DNA of 64,000 nucleotides from an uncultured bacterium (GTDB lineage Bacteria; Omnitrophota; Omnitrophia; Omnitrophales; Abzuiibacteriaceae): NCBI GenBank assembly GCA_964387845.1, contig CAYLXA010000006.1, positions 32,001 to 96,000 of the forward strand, read 5' to 3'. Shown piece by piece: positions 63,401 to 64,000 of this stretch (position 1 is its first letter; each line of letters starts with the position of its first letter). The notes under the pieces were generated by a model. It saw only the letters and a program-made list of their open reading frames with translations, ran no database searches and was not told where the DNA came from. The position numbers and the translations under genes were made by a program.

Positions 63401-64000
63401 CTTTTTGTTCTCAATTTGATCATGGATGACGGCGGTTATTCAAACAAGGGAATTGACGGCACGCCGGATCGGGTGGTCAATTATGAGGTGAGGCGCAACA
63501 ATGGGAAAGGTCCTTTTATCGGACATTTCCCCGGTATTGGCGGAGCTGACGACCCGGATACATTTGCTGCTGTTATGAAATTTAGAAAACAAGAGATAGG
63601 CGCGGCCTCTTCTGCAGCAGCAGAACCAGTTTCTGAGCCCAAAACGAGACATCACGTTGTTGTGGTGTATCAGGGAAAATCGGCCACACCTCCTGTCGAT
63701 AAGGTTGTTGATCAAGTTGAAGGATTGGGCGGCTGGCAGATCGCGAGAATGAAGGGCAATGAATTCAGCGATACAGTCCGTTCTCAAAAAGCGCTTGTCG
63801 CAAAAAAAGTTGAAGAATTCAAGTCTTTAAATCAGCCAGTAAAAGCGGTGACTCGCGTTGATCAATTTGAACGCGCTTTAATTAAAGAAACAGAGTCAGA
63901 AATCGTGCCGCAGCAAACCGCTGAGGTAAAAGCAGAGACAGAAAAGATTCAGGTTGCATTGACTAGCGCAATGCCGAAGCTTCAAGAGGTCGAGCCGGTT
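57491..64000 (+). CDS. giant secreted/membrane protein of unknown function, 5' partial view (more than 2170 codons, still open at the window end)
   Basis: The ATG at 57491 is the first start after the in-frame TAA at 57485-57487. N-terminal signal peptide (VVALIVLFTFTLNTIAWA|DG). The frame has no stop to position 64000. A central hydrophobic TM cluster lies about nt 60990-61220 (MAVFGVFALGTVSVLLPASVAGYSLLGPVGIWITSAFEGAGFLSVAANAFVHAFTVSSFLNTAILAFMLTIP). Only short antisense ORFs are found on the opposite strand. Confidence 0.7.
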   Translation, partial: MRQVEKSKTFNLYLKVVALIVLFTFTLNTIAWADGSSNLIQSLQNNKASTYRDILESNLVIDQSLLDTSIIPDKVGHIKSRFQGKKPQTIYHIQDAHINYDAQINISKIIEQVSKANGTDLINVEGAMGRLNNYWLSSFPNAEARELVGDYFVREGRLSGPAFASIVTLPRSIINGVEDEALYEENRQAFLTALAFRDRNEGLLQSLRNGLDHVARYIFPDDLRELRIRHDAFQEDSLSMKAFVRYLVELAQANSVSLYRYRHIDAFMKLVELEKSINFETAEKDLEGLLSEIKKRMPAQDVSAFGFKVLQYHRKKYSRKDFFEYIDQLINKLQISGEAFMPALNYVAYMRSFDTIGVELFDEIRLAEDDLKNKLFRNETEVKLDRLYRLHELLKHIFDFSLTKEDAEFFYSYRDEFKITNFKAFIGEQAKALGIEVELDPKLEQIDDDLLKVEKFYEIALKRDKVLIERSLKAMEAEGRKSAFIVTGGFHTPGIERYLRERDISYVVIAPRISSKIDEVKEAMRYESAMRDMPSKIESLLKEVYQPQKAMMLNDPRYQVSAPQVIRPFGSEGKFEIGAGAILRGFVGKSELRRWLPALSENLIASGIDSNLAARTLERFQDFQRNFDSYIKVEINKTHVIASRLPDGRVLMTVMYPSKDKSEVGRPGGMHDYAKIAEIGKFVIEVFITDRAFLESILKRDGAKVVESSDWVSEALPPSSQSTVPERAISVDLAMAKMHNGGQTWELLQKIAQSSDLNWTAMSVNEKLASIESILIDRKINRDNLARAASEELKIISPSAEITLQSRFSVRVFIFLAENAFDLKKMRIRDELLSLIQSRNRFDEEVDVAVSAGPAALESLRSELRHLNALAGDTRVVSQAVIRVNSELRKISAPVSEEVKPVALESGAPAETAKVEKSATEVTEPKAQEVKPTRAPPAPKLSKAEIINKILAKQAAKSSEPLNFISNISLKAKTADIIAAIKAIGFDDEDLELLSQLSGINADSSVQEWRYVYTQVRRIFEKMYKVRDQRHGEAKAESKEPLVDRILRASWSAVKWFSNPFKVGKWLITVGPHLLDSFYFGYTRRAWQMTLFGKDIKPFNRADHIQQVVDTLSGAMLNAREKNFDSFLNRSRFGNSNWSIVYRFVDKYISKLFVLPHFEFFMKRWKMAVFGVFALGTVSVLLPASVAGYSLLGPVGIWITSAFEGAGFLSVAANAFVHAFTVSSFLNTAILAFMLTIPNFAKRFSNLRMDRMIITQLGRLKNLQSLDYPVVRKVLSDVTQGGLPVEQKLQIILELQSLLPHVRYDNDSQKTLFTTLVHDEVSRIQDALKSSTQERAPPVVESPNLIQRYIISPLFGVIRATFTINFAKAFAKSMFGMLTVGAEIGALAGGHAPGEYGAAHYMDEYLLSKPVSFIMKNITGNADFDIQVSYFEPAVNYVERFMINVGHYAVEGVEHTFGFSAAEIVAKTWASVLNTFGIKTEVGQLLSEGISLQEIEVARQLGLPAQFLKFGQKIPEPQKQIAAAPATGGAAGMGLAMNPMLAIAQIAAISAMGSTKEVRDGTEYKDEKPKGAAIPPVLFEKFEFAVPLHSSVANLENLRKDYGSVPASERYQAALALPKAEEEYEAAKKKAFLNLFASERLAAKEKVDRLQSLTGDSILKEKQKVFWKLIKEIDERQKSLDKTIEQIYKSVTHYTSDKKAAEQFIEEARDQISAMRAMTDYFSADDARYAVRTGAWQVMDAAASDKEVAKIRADMASREQKMVGQLERVKDILDQWPTYVESVLSGADVDVPARLIDEEYLPWGERAKVWLAGKGIPNEVIVSTEGLMTLLHGVPIPMPWAQNESWKGSLRVAQHDVNQGRAVLVVTDQGNDSIRHDGAEVFRAGLKAGIKEALVLRHDLMPSQRNNFVVTATFYSASAERLIPVLLDVVRQNPDIKFNARMYDTTLQKTSSKQAETIAKLEQDAKVLPNLFVLNLIMDDGGYSNKGIDGTPDRVVNYEVRRNNGKGPFIGHFPGIGGADDPDTFAAVMKFRKQEIGAASSAAAEPVSEPKTRHHVVVVYQGKSATPPVDKVVDQVEGLGGWQIARMKGNEFSDTVRSQKALVAKKVEEFKSLNQPVKAVTRVDQFERALIKETESEIVPQQTAEVKAETEKIQVALTSAMPKLQEVEPV

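Noticed and set aside
57020..63787. Many 60-145 aa minus-strand ORFs (e.g. 58904-59182, 59506-59898, 60124-60489, 60395-60808, 62465-62785, 63440-63787) and short plus-strand ORFs in other frames across this region
   Set aside because: They are all antisense to, or out of frame with, the single uninterrupted plus-strand frame that begins at 57491. They are shadow ORFs of the giant gene, not genes.
1..64000. Scan for tRNA/rRNA genes, CRISPR repeats, transposases, integrases or phage genes
   Set aside because: No ORF showed DDE/HUH transposase, tyrosine/serine recombinase or Cas motifs. No regularly spaced direct repeats or tRNA-like cloverleaf-compatible segments were seen by eye. The window appears to be chromosomal accessory or biosynthetic DNA rather than a mobile element.

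Overview
The 64 kb window is AT-rich and carries no rRNA, tRNA, CRISPR array, transposase or integrase that I can recognise. It divides into four blocks.

(1) Positions 1-30.5 kb are a large exopolysaccharide/capsule biosynthesis island whose gene orientation switches strand repeatedly. It begins with the 3' end of a priming sugar transferase and a short-form pyruvate kinase. It then encodes a PAPS-type sulfotransferase, the PEP-CTERM/exosortase-type marker trio (DUF3473-like polysaccharide deacetylase, GNAT, FemAB-like acyltransferase), SGNH/GDSL hydrolases, a GT4 glycosyltransferase, several class I SAM methyltransferases, a Wzx flippase, a Wzy/O-antigen-ligase-like protein and a Wzz-like chain-length protein. 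It also contains a complete CMP-sialic acid module (NeuA, NeuB, NeuC) next to a KpsC/KpsS-like capsule transferase, a PhyH-like dioxygenase, a methyltransferase fused to an APH-like kinase domain, a GDP-L-fucose synthase and two radical SAM enzymes (one SPASM-like, one spore-photoproduct-lyase-like).

(2) Positions 30.6-33.6 kb hold an orphan GspG-type pseudopilin, a lipoprotein and a FadL-family outer membrane channel.

(3) Positions 33.5-47.3 kb contain what I consider the most novel candidate system: a tightly packed 11-gene co-directional cluster. It opens with an unusual fusion of an SRPBCC lipid-binding domain to a cyanobacterial-type long-chain acyl-ACP reductase (AAR)-like domain. This is followed by two paralogous 7TM-receptor/GAF histidine kinases, three receiver-only response regulators, a NodU/CmcH-type carbamoyltransferase with SxtJ-like and SxtK-like small membrane proteins, and a hexapeptide-repeat acyltransferase. 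The cluster is bracketed by XRE-cupin regulators and a strongly ribosome-binding-site-coupled mini-ORF operon.

(4) Positions 47.4-57.2 kb are a TolC-like / membrane fusion protein / tandem RND permease operon (MdtABC-like). It is followed, after a near-consensus sigma70 promoter, by a giant ORF that is still open after 2170 codons at the window edge. That ORF has a signal peptide and a central transmembrane bundle, and I recognise no known domain in it.

All calls rest on motif recognition by eye. No database searches were run.
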